Source: Nocardiopsis ansamitocini
GTDB taxonomy: Bacteria > Actinomycetota > Actinomycetes > Streptosporangiales > Streptosporangiaceae
NCBI RefSeq assembly: GCF_030268225.1
Contig: NZ_BSQG01000011.1
Coordinates: forward strand, 19,751-83,750
DNA length: 64,000 nt
Reading direction: 5' to 3'
Part shown: piece after piece, positions 8,883 to 17,053 of the stretch
Layout: each line of letters begins with the position of its first letter
Position numbering within the stretch: position 1 is the first letter of the stretch
Position numbers and translations under genes: made by a program
The notes under the pieces: generated by a model
Seen by the model: only the letters and a program-made list of their open reading frames with translations
Databases searched by the model: none
Told to the model about the DNA's origin: nothing

Positions 8883-9764
8883 CTACCGTGTGCCATTCGA
8901 GCGCCGAGCCTTTTCCATCACGTATCGACCGTACGGCGAGTCCTTCATCTCTTCTCCCAACCTGTGACACGCCTCCGCGTCGATGAATCCCATACGCAAC
9001 GCGATCTCTTCGAGGCAGGCGATGCGCTCGCCTTGTCCCTTCAGCACCGAGTGGACATAGCAGGCGGACTCGAAGAGGGACTCCTCCGTTCCCGCGTCGA
9101 ACCACGCGACACTGTCTTCCAGCGTCACGAAACGCGCCCTTTCCTGGGCAAGGTAAGCCCGGTTGACATCGGTGATCTCAAGTTCGCCGCGCGCCGACGG
9201 ACGAACCTCCTTGGCCACCTCGACCGCATCGGCGCCGTAGAAATAGAGCCCCGTCACCGCGTAGTCGGAATCGGGGCGTTCCGGTTTTTCCTCGATCGAG
9301 ATCAACCTCCCGGACCGGTCGAACCCCCCGACCCCGTAGCGGCACGGATCAAAGACCTTGTGTCCGAAGAGGACGCATCCGTCCACCGTGCGTGCGGCCT
9401 CCTGGACGGCTTCCTCGAATCCGGGGCCGTGGAACAGGTTGTCGCCCAGTACCAGCGCACTGGGTCGGCCGTCGATATGACGTTCGCCGATGAGCAGAGC
9501 CTCCGCGATTCCTCGCGGCTCTTTTTGCTCCCGGTAACCGATATCGAGACCGAGCCGCTTTCCGTCTCCGAACACCCGTTGCAGAGGGGAAATCGATTCG
9601 GGGGCGGAGATCACCAGAATTTCACGGATTCCAGCGAGCATGAGAACCGCGATCGGATAGTAGATCATCGGCTTGTCGTAGATGGGAAACAACTGCTTAG
9701 ACGCCGCACTCGTACTCGGCCGGAGACGGCTCCCGTTTCCTCCCGCCAGAACAATACCCTTCAC
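8883..9764 (-). CDS. rmlA: glucose-1-phosphate thymidylyltransferase
   Basis: VKGIVLAGGNGSRLRP at the GTG start, with AGGAG 5 nt upstream. Also EKPERPDSDYAVTGLYFY. The longer N-terminal extension in the ORF track is rejected. Confidence 0.9.
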   Translation of the reverse strand: MKGIVLAGGNGSRLRPSTSAASKQLFPIYDKPMIYYPIAVLMLAGIREILVISAPESISPLQRVFGDGKRLGLDIGYREQKEPRGIAEALLIGERHIDGRPSALVLGDNLFHGPGFEEAVQEAARTVDGCVLFGHKVFDPCRYGVGGFDRSGRLISIEEKPERPDSDYAVTGLYFYGADAVEVAKEVRPSARGELEITDVNRAYLAQERARFVTLEDSVAWFDAGTEESLFESACYVHSVLKGQGERIACLEEIALRMGFIDAEACHRLGEEMKDSPYGRYVMEKARRSNGTR

Positions 9765-10037
9765 AGAAACTCCTGGTCGGACAGAGCGGTGGGTTTCACC
9801 GAACCGTACACGGGGTCTCTCGGGTTTTGTCCAGACTCGGCACCGTTCCTGCACGATGGTATGTTCACCGAGCCAGGGAGCTATACGCCCCCACCCCTTC
9901 CCGACCCACGCGAAAAACCTGGACCGGCAGCCCGAACTCCCCAAGTTAAAGGCGGCAACAACGCCGACGGCACTCAATGGCCGACCTTTTCATTGCGGAT
10001 GACTTTCTCCGAACGCGTACCAGGAAAAGGAAATACC

Positions 10038-11318
10038 GTGCGCATCCTCATAGCGACATACGCAGACAGGTCCTACTTCTTCAGCATGGTGCCACTGGCA
10101 TGGGCGCTGCGGGCCGCGGGTCACGAGGTGCGAGTGGCCAGCCAGCCGGAGCTGACCGACGCGGCCGCAAGCACCGGCCTGACCGTACTCCCGGTCGGCG
10201 AGGACCACATGTCCAGGAAACTGCTGCACTCGCCGGCGACCCAGCAGTACCAGGACTACCAGGAATCCGCCTTCAACCTGGCCGAGGACCGGCCGGAGGA
10301 GCTGACGTGGGACCGCCTCAAGAAGGCGCAACTCCGGTTCGTCGTCTGGTGGTGGAAGGTGATCAACGAACCGATGCTGAAAGAACTCGTGGCCTTCTGT
10401 CGGGAGTGGCGGCCGGATCTGGTGATCTGGGAGCCGATGACCTTCGCCGGGGCAGTGGCCGCCGAGGCGTGCGGTGCCGCCCACGCCCGCTTCCTGTGGA
10501 GCTACGACCTGGTCGGCCAGAATCGCCGGAACTACCTGGAGGCGATGGCGGAGCAGCCCGCGCACGAGCATGCCGACCCGCTGCGCGAATGGCTCACCTC
10601 CCGCGCCGAGCGCTACGACGTCCCCTTCTCCGAGGACCTGATCAGAGGGCAGTTCTCGATCGGCCCCATTCCCGCCTCCCTCAGGGCCGGGGAGCCCGTG
10701 GTCGAGGAGAAGGTGGGCGTGCGCCATGTCCCCTACGAGGGGGCAACCGTCCTGCCCGGATGGCTGCGCACCCCACTCGAGCAGCGACGCGTGCTCGTGG
10801 ACTGGCGGGCGCTGCGGGCCGGTGACCCCGAACGCAGCGAGGCGGTCCTGCGGGAGGTGCTGGCCGGCGCGATCGGCCTGGACGCGGAAGTGCTGCTGGT
10901 CCTTCCGCCGGCGGACCGGGAGACACTCCCCCCCTTCCCCGACCGTGTGCGCGTCATCGAAGAGGGCATCTCCCACATCGTGCTTCCCACGTGCTCCGCG
11001 GTGGTCCACCCCGGAGGGTTCGACACGTACTGCACGTCCTTGCTGCACGGGGTGCCGCAGGTGATCGTCCCCGAGCCGGACCTGTTCGACGCGACGCCAC
11101 TGGCGAGTGCCCTGGCCGACGCCTCCGCGGGCAGCGTGCTCCCCTGGGCGGGGTGCACCGCCGGGGGCGTCCGGGAGCGGCTGGACGAGGTGCTCGGTTC
11201 CGCGGAGATAGCCGCGGGCGTCCGCCGACTCCAGCAGGAGGTACTGGCCATGCCCACACCGGACCTTCTCGTGGCGGAACTGGAACGCCTCACCGTCAAG
11301 CACCGGAAAGAGGACTGA
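10038..11318 (+). CDS. GT1-family glycosyltransferase (antibiotic/macrolide-type)
   Basis: VRILIATYADRSYFFSMVPLAWALRAAGHEVRVAS N-terminal domain and HPGGFDTYCTSLLHGVPQVIVP C-terminal nucleotide-sugar domain. GTG at 10038 with AAAGGA RBS. The remaining upstream part of ORF 8172..11318 is antisense shadow of rmlA/rmlB. Confidence 0.85.
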   Translation: MRILIATYADRSYFFSMVPLAWALRAAGHEVRVASQPELTDAAASTGLTVLPVGEDHMSRKLLHSPATQQYQDYQESAFNLAEDRPEELTWDRLKKAQLRFVVWWWKVINEPMLKELVAFCREWRPDLVIWEPMTFAGAVAAEACGAAHARFLWSYDLVGQNRRNYLEAMAEQPAHEHADPLREWLTSRAERYDVPFSEDLIRGQFSIGPIPASLRAGEPVVEEKVGVRHVPYEGATVLPGWLRTPLEQRRVLVDWRALRAGDPERSEAVLREVLAGAIGLDAEVLLVLPPADRETLPPFPDRVRVIEEGISHIVLPTCSAVVHPGGFDTYCTSLLHGVPQVIVPEPDLFDATPLASALADASAGSVLPWAGCTAGGVRERLDEVLGSAEIAAGVRRLQQEVLAMPTPDLLVAELERLTVKHRKED

Positions 11319-11351
11319 GCCGACCGCGGGCACCCGCTCCGGGGCGAGACT

Positions 11352-12599
11352 TCAGCCGGTGAGGTCGTGGAGGAGGGGGACGAGGTCGGCGGGGGCGGGC
11401 ATGTCCTGCATTTCCCGGCGCAGGCGGTCGGCCGACCGGGCGAACCCCGGCTCCCCGAGCAGCCGTCGTACCCGCTCCCCCACCGTCTCCCCCGTGGCGT
11501 CGGCGGAGTCCAGCGCGAACCCCGCGCCTGCCCGCTCCACCTCCCGGGCCAACAGCGGAGCGTCGAACAACCGGTCCCTTGGGGCGATGACCTGGGGAAC
11601 CCCGTGGGTGAGCGAGGTGAACACGGTCCCCGGCCCGCCCTGGTCGACCATGGCGTGGCAGGTGGGGGTGAGTGCGTGGAGGGGGGCGTAGTCGACGAGG
11701 CGGGTGTTGGGGGGGATGGGTCCGAGGGTGTGGTGGTGGGCGGTGGGGATGGTGGCGATGATTTCGGCGTCGAGGTCGGCGAGTCCGTTGAGGATGTCGG
11801 TGACGGAGACGGTGTAGCCGCCGAAGCGTTCGGAGGCGCTGGTGCCCAGGGTGAGGCAGATGCGGGGTCGGTGGGGTGGGGTGCGCAGCCAGTGGGGGAC
11901 GACGGCGCGCCCGTTGTAGGGGACGTAGCGCATCGGCAGGTACCTGGCGTCGGACAACGGATCGATCCGCAGCGAGGGAGGAACCTGGTCGATGGTGGCC
12001 TGGCCGTGGACGAGTTCTTCGTCATAATCGAGGCCGTAGCGTGCGGCGAGGGCGGTGAGCCAGGCGGCTAGGGGGTCTTCTTGCTGGTCGGGGGGCTGCT
12101 CGCCCATCCGCCGCAGGTACAACCCCCGCATCCGGGAGAACAGGTCGAGGCTCCAGAGGAAGCGGACGTGGGCGGCCCCGCAGGCCCTGGCCGCGATCGC
12201 CCCCGCGAACGTCGTGGGCTCCCAGATCACCAGGTCCGGACGCCACTGGCGGCAGAACGCCACCAGGTCGCCCAGCATCGGCTCGTTGACCATGCGCCAC
12301 CACCAGGTCACCATCTGGCGATAGCCATCCCTCATGTAATCCCAGGTGAGAACCTCGTCGCGGTCTTCACCCATGTCGAAGACCGCGGTCCGGCCGCCGG
12401 CCGCGCGTTTGACCATCCTCGGAAAAGAGTGGTTGCGGCCCACGGGCACGAAGGGCAGTCCGGCACCGGTGACCACACCTTCGAGTTCGGGCTGACTGGC
12501 CACCCGCACCTCGTGCCCGGCCGCCCGCAACGCCCACGCCACGGGAACCATCCCCAGAAAATGCGTCCGCTCGGCCTGGGCCGCGATCACCACGCGCAC
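11352..12599 (-). CDS. GT1-family glycosyltransferase, paralog of 10038..11318, convergent
   Basis: VRVVIAAQAERTHFLGMVPVAWALRAAGHEVRVAS and HAMVDQGGPGTVFTSLTHGVPQVIAP. GTG 12599 with GAGGTGG RBS. Confidence 0.85.
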   Translation of the reverse strand: MRVVIAAQAERTHFLGMVPVAWALRAAGHEVRVASQPELEGVVTGAGLPFVPVGRNHSFPRMVKRAAGGRTAVFDMGEDRDEVLTWDYMRDGYRQMVTWWWRMVNEPMLGDLVAFCRQWRPDLVIWEPTTFAGAIAARACGAAHVRFLWSLDLFSRMRGLYLRRMGEQPPDQQEDPLAAWLTALAARYGLDYDEELVHGQATIDQVPPSLRIDPLSDARYLPMRYVPYNGRAVVPHWLRTPPHRPRICLTLGTSASERFGGYTVSVTDILNGLADLDAEIIATIPTAHHHTLGPIPPNTRLVDYAPLHALTPTCHAMVDQGGPGTVFTSLTHGVPQVIAPRDRLFDAPLLAREVERAGAGFALDSADATGETVGERVRRLLGEPGFARSADRLRREMQDMPAPADLVPLLHDLTG

Positions 12600-12660
12600 G
12601 AATCCCCACCTCTCCCGCACCTGCGCACCGCTTCCCCCGGCGGCTGCGCCCGGCACACGA

Positions 12661-13659
12661 TCATCGCGCGACTGCGCGGGCTTCCCGGCTGTGTTCCGCC
12701 TGCGCCTCGGCCGCACGGATCGTGCTGCCGGTGTACTCCAGGAAGACGTCGTCGAGGGACGGCGGCGTCACCCTGATGGAGCGGACCGGGAACTTCAGGT
12801 CGGCGAACAGGCGCGGAACGAATTCCTCGCCCTCGGCGACCGTGAAGACGACGTTCTCCCCCTCGATCTGCGGAGCGATCCCGAACCGGTCCAGCAGCAC
12901 CGCACCGAGGGCGTCGGCCTCGGCCGAGACCATCTCCACCCGGTCCTTGCCGACGCTCTCCTTGAGCGCCCGGGGGCTGTCCAGCACCGCGATGGAGCCT
13001 TCGTCGATGATGGCGATCCGCTGACAGTTCTCGGCTTCCTCCAGGTAATGCGTCGTCATGAAAACGGTCACGCCGTCGCGCTCGTTGATCTCGCGGATGC
13101 CTTCCCAGATGGCCTGTCTGGTCTGCGGGTCGAGACCGATCGTCGGCTCGTCGAGGAAGAGCACGCGGGGCGAGTGGAGCAGGCCGCGGGCGATCTCCAG
13201 GCGTCGGCGCAGGCCACCGGAATAGGTCCCCACGATCCGGTCCTTGTGGCTGCCCAGGCCGACGGTCTCGATCGCGCGGTCGATCCGCTCCTCCACCAGG
13301 TGCTTGGGAACGGCGTAGATCTCGGCGTGGAACCGGAGGTTCTGCCGTCCGGTCAGGTAGCGGTCGAGGGTCTGCTCCTGGAAGACCAGCCCGATGGTGC
13401 GGCGGACCTCCTGGCGTTGGTGCACGACGTCGTAACCCCCGACGGAAGCGGATCCGCCCGTCGGAGTGAGGAGGGTGCACAGCATCTTGATGACCGTGGA
13501 CTTGCCCGCACCGTTGGGGCCGAGAAAACCGAAGATCTCGCCCGGCTCGACCTCGAAGTCGACGCCCTTGACCGCCTCGACCTCGTCGTAGCGCTTGTGG
13601 AGGCCGCGCGCGGACACGGCAGGGGCGGCGTTTCCTCCGGGCACACCCGAGTGGGTCAC
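12661..13659 (-). CDS. ABC transporter ATP-binding protein (DrrA-like); no cognate permease in the window
   Basis: Walker A GPNGAGKST, signature YSGGLRRRLEIA, Walker B VLFLDEPT. GTG start with GAGGAGG RBS. Confidence 0.85.
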   Translation of the reverse strand: MTHSGVPGGNAAPAVSARGLHKRYDEVEAVKGVDFEVEPGEIFGFLGPNGAGKSTVIKMLCTLLTPTGGSASVGGYDVVHQRQEVRRTIGLVFQEQTLDRYLTGRQNLRFHAEIYAVPKHLVEERIDRAIETVGLGSHKDRIVGTYSGGLRRRLEIARGLLHSPRVLFLDEPTIGLDPQTRQAIWEGIREINERDGVTVFMTTHYLEEAENCQRIAIIDEGSIAVLDSPRALKESVGKDRVEMVSAEADALGAVLLDRFGIAPQIEGENVVFTVAEGEEFVPRLFADLKFPVRSIRVTPPSLDDVFLEYTGSTIRAAEAQAEHSREARAVAR

Positions 13660-13734
13660 CGGGCCAACCTCCTCAAGAGTCGGGCAACAGCTCCGGCCTC
13701 CGGCCGTTTATCGACGTGACCGGCCGTTGCGTGG

Positions 13735-14301
13735 TCAGGACGCGGGCGGACCCGCGGCGAGCGTCCGGACGAACTCAACACCTGCCGTCTCCCACTGCTC
13801 CCGGTAGACGGCGAAGACGTTCGCCGTCCTCAACTGGTCGCCGTCCTTCACGTACTCGGGGAACACGACCTCTTTGACGGCGTCGATCGGGGTGCCGTCC
13901 AGCGCGGCGATCGAGTCGTCGAGCGTCCAGAAGTAGATCTTCCTGATGTTCCACATCGAGAACGCGTAGTTGGCGGTCAGCGCGGTCGCGGCGGTCGCGG
14001 CTCCCGGCCCGCCGCGAGACGGGTCGAGCGCCACGCTGCACTTCACGTAACCGCTGTGCGGGCTGAGTTCGTGCAACGAGGTGTAGCCGACGATCCTCCC
14101 CGACTCCGGGTGCACGATCTCGAACTGGGCGCAGACCTGCTGGTGCGGACCGTTGGGCCAGAGCGACATGGACGTGAAGGCGTCGCGGCTGGGGAGCTTC
14201 TCCAACCCCAGACCGGTCAGTTCCTCGAAAACGGCGCTACCGGTACGGGTCTGAGCGGCGGTGAGCCGGATCCCGAGCGCTTCGGTGTGCGGAATTATCA
14301 C
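13735..14301 (-). CDS. GNAT-family N-acetyltransferase (RimL/acetyltransf_3-like)
   Basis: SRGGPGAATAATALTANYAF matches the acetyl-CoA-binding motif A (R-G-x-G-x-A). GTG start at 14301. The ORF-track 5-prime extension to 14505 overlaps the precursor gene and hairpin and is rejected. Confidence 0.5.
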   Translation of the reverse strand: MIIPHTEALGIRLTAAQTRTGSAVFEELTGLGLEKLPSRDAFTSMSLWPNGPHQQVCAQFEIVHPESGRIVGYTSLHELSPHSGYVKCSVALDPSRGGPGAATAATALTANYAFSMWNIRKIYFWTLDDSIAALDGTPIDAVKEVVFPEYVKDGDQLRTANVFAVYREQWETAGVEFVRTLAAGPPAS

Positions 14302-14348
14302 GTCTGGAAACCCTCGACTACGAAATATTGACTGGCACCAAAGGAGTC

Positions 14349-14378
14349 GGCGTGCGCCGCGCAACCGCGGCGCACGCC
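14349..14378. terminator. perfect 13-bp inverted repeat (GGCGTGCGCCGCG-caac-CGCGGCGCACGCC), 10 nt downstream of the precursor gene stop
   Basis: Read directly. Sits between the precursor peptide and the GNAT gene, like the attenuator hairpins common after RiPP structural genes. Confidence 0.5.
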
Positions 14379-14387
14379 GGTGACCGA

Positions 14388-14489
14388 TCAACCGCAGTTG
14401 AAGTAACTGGCCCCACTGTTGGCCAGAAAAACCTGGTCGGACTCGATTTCCAACTCCTGAAGGGAGAGGATGTCGGAAAGCGTCATCAT
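14388..14489 (-). CDS. lanA1: class III lanthipeptide precursor peptide candidate (33 aa): MMTLSDILSLQELEIESDQVFLANSGASYFNCG
   Basis: Not in the ORF track (below its size cutoff). AAAGAGGTGG Shine-Dalgarno immediately upstream. The leader carries an ILELQ-like motif (DILSLQELEIE). The core carries exactly one Ser-x-x-Ser-x-x-x-Cys motif (SGASYFNC), the labionin/lanthionine-forming pattern of class III substrates. Confidence 0.6.
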   Translation of the reverse strand: MMTLSDILSLQELEIESDQVFLANSGASYFNCG

Positions 14490-15286
14490 GCCACCTCTTT
14501 CTCAATCACTAGGACGCCGCGAAAATCGCCCGCACCCCAGGGTCCGGGCCAATAATCGAAGGCGAAAGGATAAGTTAGGAGCACACCACGCTATCGGAAG
14601 CAGACCCCTTGAGAAACCGAAGAAAGCAGAACTGCCCTTTCAGCTGCCATCAAAAGTAGGCCAATGCGTCCGAACGCGCAAGAATAGGCACCCGAAACGA
14701 AATTGGCCCTCCTCCCGACGGGTCCCGCCGGCGGGACACCCGGTCCGCCCCCGCAGCCGGTGGACCACACGTTGCCCCTGATGTCCCCACGCCTCCCCAC
14801 CAGCGGCTCCGACGCCTGGAGGCCCTTCGTCCCCGCCCGCGCACTACCGCCGGTGACCTGCCCCGAACGGCTCACCCCCGGCACCATCCGACCTTCCCGC
14901 ACACCAGTGGGCCGGCGCCGGTGTCCCCCTATTCTTGGCCACGGCACAGTCGCGTCCGGCACGATCGACGATCGTCGTGCGCACCGCCCATCCGTCCGTC
15001 TCACGTCCCCGGCATGTCCTGCGGAGGCACGCCGGAAAAGAAAGACCGGGCACCGGGGCGGGAGACACCGATCCGCCCCGAGCGCCGGGACGGCGCGGGG
15101 CCGGGAGAGCGACGGGAGACCGCTTCGCGCCGTGGCTCTCGCGGCCAGGAAGCGGGACGACGGCCCCGATGACGCCTGGCCCCGGCGGGCACCTGGTGCC
15201 GGCCTTTGACACTCTTCGGCAGGGGAGACAGCGCACAGACGGTCCTCTTCCGGGCTGACGGACCGATTCGGCAGGGAAGGATATGG

Positions 15287-16609
15287 ATGGTGATGAGCGA
15301 TCAGGCCGCGCGGATCCTCGACGAGGTCCGCGCCTACCACCGGGAGACCCAGCAGGAACAGGAGTTCATTCCGGGTGTCACCGAGATCTGGTCATCCGGC
15401 GCGGTTCTCGACGAAGAGGACCGGGTGTCTCTGGTCGAGGCCGCCCTGGAGATGCGGATCGCAGCGGGCAGGAACTCGCGCAAATTCGAGTCCATCTTCG
15501 CCCGCAGGCTGAACCGGCGCAAAGCCCACCTGACCAACTCCGGTTCGTCGGCGAACCTGCTCTCCCTGTCGGCGCTGACGTCGCACCTGTTGGAAGAACG
15601 CCGGCTCCGGCCCGGCGACGAAGTGATCACGGTCGCCGCGGGGTTCCCCACCACCGTCAACCCGATCCTGCAGAACGGGCTGATCCCGGTATTCGTGGAC
15701 GTCGAGCTGCGGACCTACAACACCACCGCCGATCGGGTGGCTCAAGCGATCGGTCCGCGCACCCGGGCGATCATGATCGCGCACGCGTTGGGCAACCCGT
15801 TCGAGGCCACCGAAATCGCCCAGTTGGCCGAGGACAACGACCTGTTCCTGATCGAGGACAACTGCGACGCCGTGGGCTCCACCTACGACGGGCGACTGAC
15901 GGGTTCCTTCGGCGACCTGTCGACGGTGAGCTTCTATCCGGCCCATCACCTCACCATGGGCGAAGGCGGCTGCGTGCTCACCTCGAACCTGGTTCTGGCC
16001 CGGATCGTGGAGTCGATGCGCGACTGGGGGCGGGACTGCTGGTGCGAACCCGGGGAGAGCAACACCTGCCACAAGCGGTTCGCCTACCAGCTGGGCACGC
16101 TGCCGGCCGGGTACGACCACAAGTACACCTTCTCCCACGTGGGCTACAACCTGAAGGGAACCGATCTTCAGGCGGCTCTCGGTCTGAGCCAACTCACCAA
16201 ACTCGACGGGTTCTCAGCGGCCCGGCGTCGCAACTGGCGCCGGCTGCGCGAGGGTCTCGACGGCCTGCCGTGGCTGCTGCTTCCCGAGGCGACACCGCGC
16301 GGCGATCCGAGCTGGTTCGGTTTCGTTATGACTGTTTCGCCAGCGGCACCGTTCAGCAGAGCGGAACTGGTCGAGTTCCTGGAGAACCGAAAGATCGGTA
16401 CCCGCCTGCTGTTTGCCGGGAATCTGACACGGCACCCCGCGTACATCGACCGCCCCCACCGCGTGGCCGACGACCTGACCAACAGTGACCTGATCACGGA
16501 GCAGACGTTCTGGACCGGTGTCTATCCGGGACTCACCGACGAGATGCTCGACTACGTCATCTCCTCCATCACCGAGTTCGTGAAGACACGCGGGGGCTCT
16601 GGCCATTGA
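15287..16609 (+). CDS. NDP-4-keto-6-deoxyhexose 3-dehydrase (E1/ColD/SpnQ-type, PMP- and [2Fe-2S]-dependent member of the DegT/DnrJ/EryC1 aminotransferase fold)
   Basis: [14 protein letters not shown] has His where aminotransferases have the PLP lysine. Exact C-X57-C-X1-C-X7-C spacing (EDNC ... [13 protein letters not shown]), the E1 iron-sulfur signature. ATG 15287 with GGAAGGA RBS. Confidence 0.85.
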   Translation: MVMSDQAARILDEVRAYHRETQQEQEFIPGVTEIWSSGAVLDEEDRVSLVEAALEMRIAAGRNSRKFESIFARRLNRRKAHLTNSGSSANLLSLSALTSHLLEERRLRPGDEVITVAAGFPTTVNPILQNGLIPVFVDVELRTYNTTADRVAQAIGPRTRAIMIAHALGNPFEATEIAQLAEDNDLFLIEDNCDAVGSTYDGRLTGSFGDLSTVSFYPAHHLTMGEGGCVLTSNLVLARIVESMRDWGRDCWCEPGESNTCHKRFAYQLGTLPAGYDHKYTFSHVGYNLKGTDLQAALGLSQLTKLDGFSAARRRNWRRLREGLDGLPWLLLPEATPRGDPSWFGFVMTVSPAAPFSRAELVEFLENRKIGTRLLFAGNLTRHPAYIDRPHRVADDLTNSDLITEQTFWTGVYPGLTDEMLDYVISSITEFVKTRGGSGH

Positions 16610-16814
16610 ACACGACCGGCACGGCCTGGAAAATGATTCCCCGAGCGGTTAACAGTCGACTTCCCCAGCGGGATAAATACGGCCGGAGAACAACCCGACT
16701 TCCATTTTCGCCGCGTGGCGGGTAATTTCTGTTCACGCTGTCCGGTTAACTCGGGACAGCGACTCGCACACTGGACTATCAGATTTCGAGTAGACCTGAG
16801 GAGGTGATTATTTC

Positions 16815-16934
16815 ATGGCACTCTCGGACGTCCTGCTTCTCCAGGGAATGGAGATCGAGACGGCGGGCAACGATGTCCCCCTTCTCGGAAGTGGTTTGAG
16901 CATTACCGGCTGCACCGTACTGCAGGCCGCATAG
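16815..16934 (+). CDS. lanA2: class III lanthipeptide precursor peptide candidate (39 aa): MALSDVLLLQGMEIETAGNDVPLLGSGLSITGCTVLQAA
   Basis: Not in the ORF track. GAGGAGGTG RBS 10 nt upstream. Leader LSDVLLLQGMEIET parallels the other precursor (LSDILSLQELEIES). Core has a single S-x-x-S-x-x-x-C motif (SGLSITGC). TAG stop. Confidence 0.65.
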   Translation: MALSDVLLLQGMEIETAGNDVPLLGSGLSITGCTVLQAA

Positions 16935-17053
16935 TCCGCGATTATGCGGTCACATTGGGTTCGGACCCGTGATGATCCGTGGCACTGCTTTTCGCGGTTC
17001 GAATAGCAGGGCCGCGGGGAATGAGCGGCGAAGCGGACCCACAGGTGGGGAGC

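Noticed and set aside
13735-14505. Full 256-aa ORF-track model for the GNAT gene
   Set aside because: Its 5-prime 200 nt overlap, in another frame, the strongly ribosome-bound precursor ORF and the perfect hairpin. GTG 14301 after a GAGGG RBS gives a normal-length GNAT.
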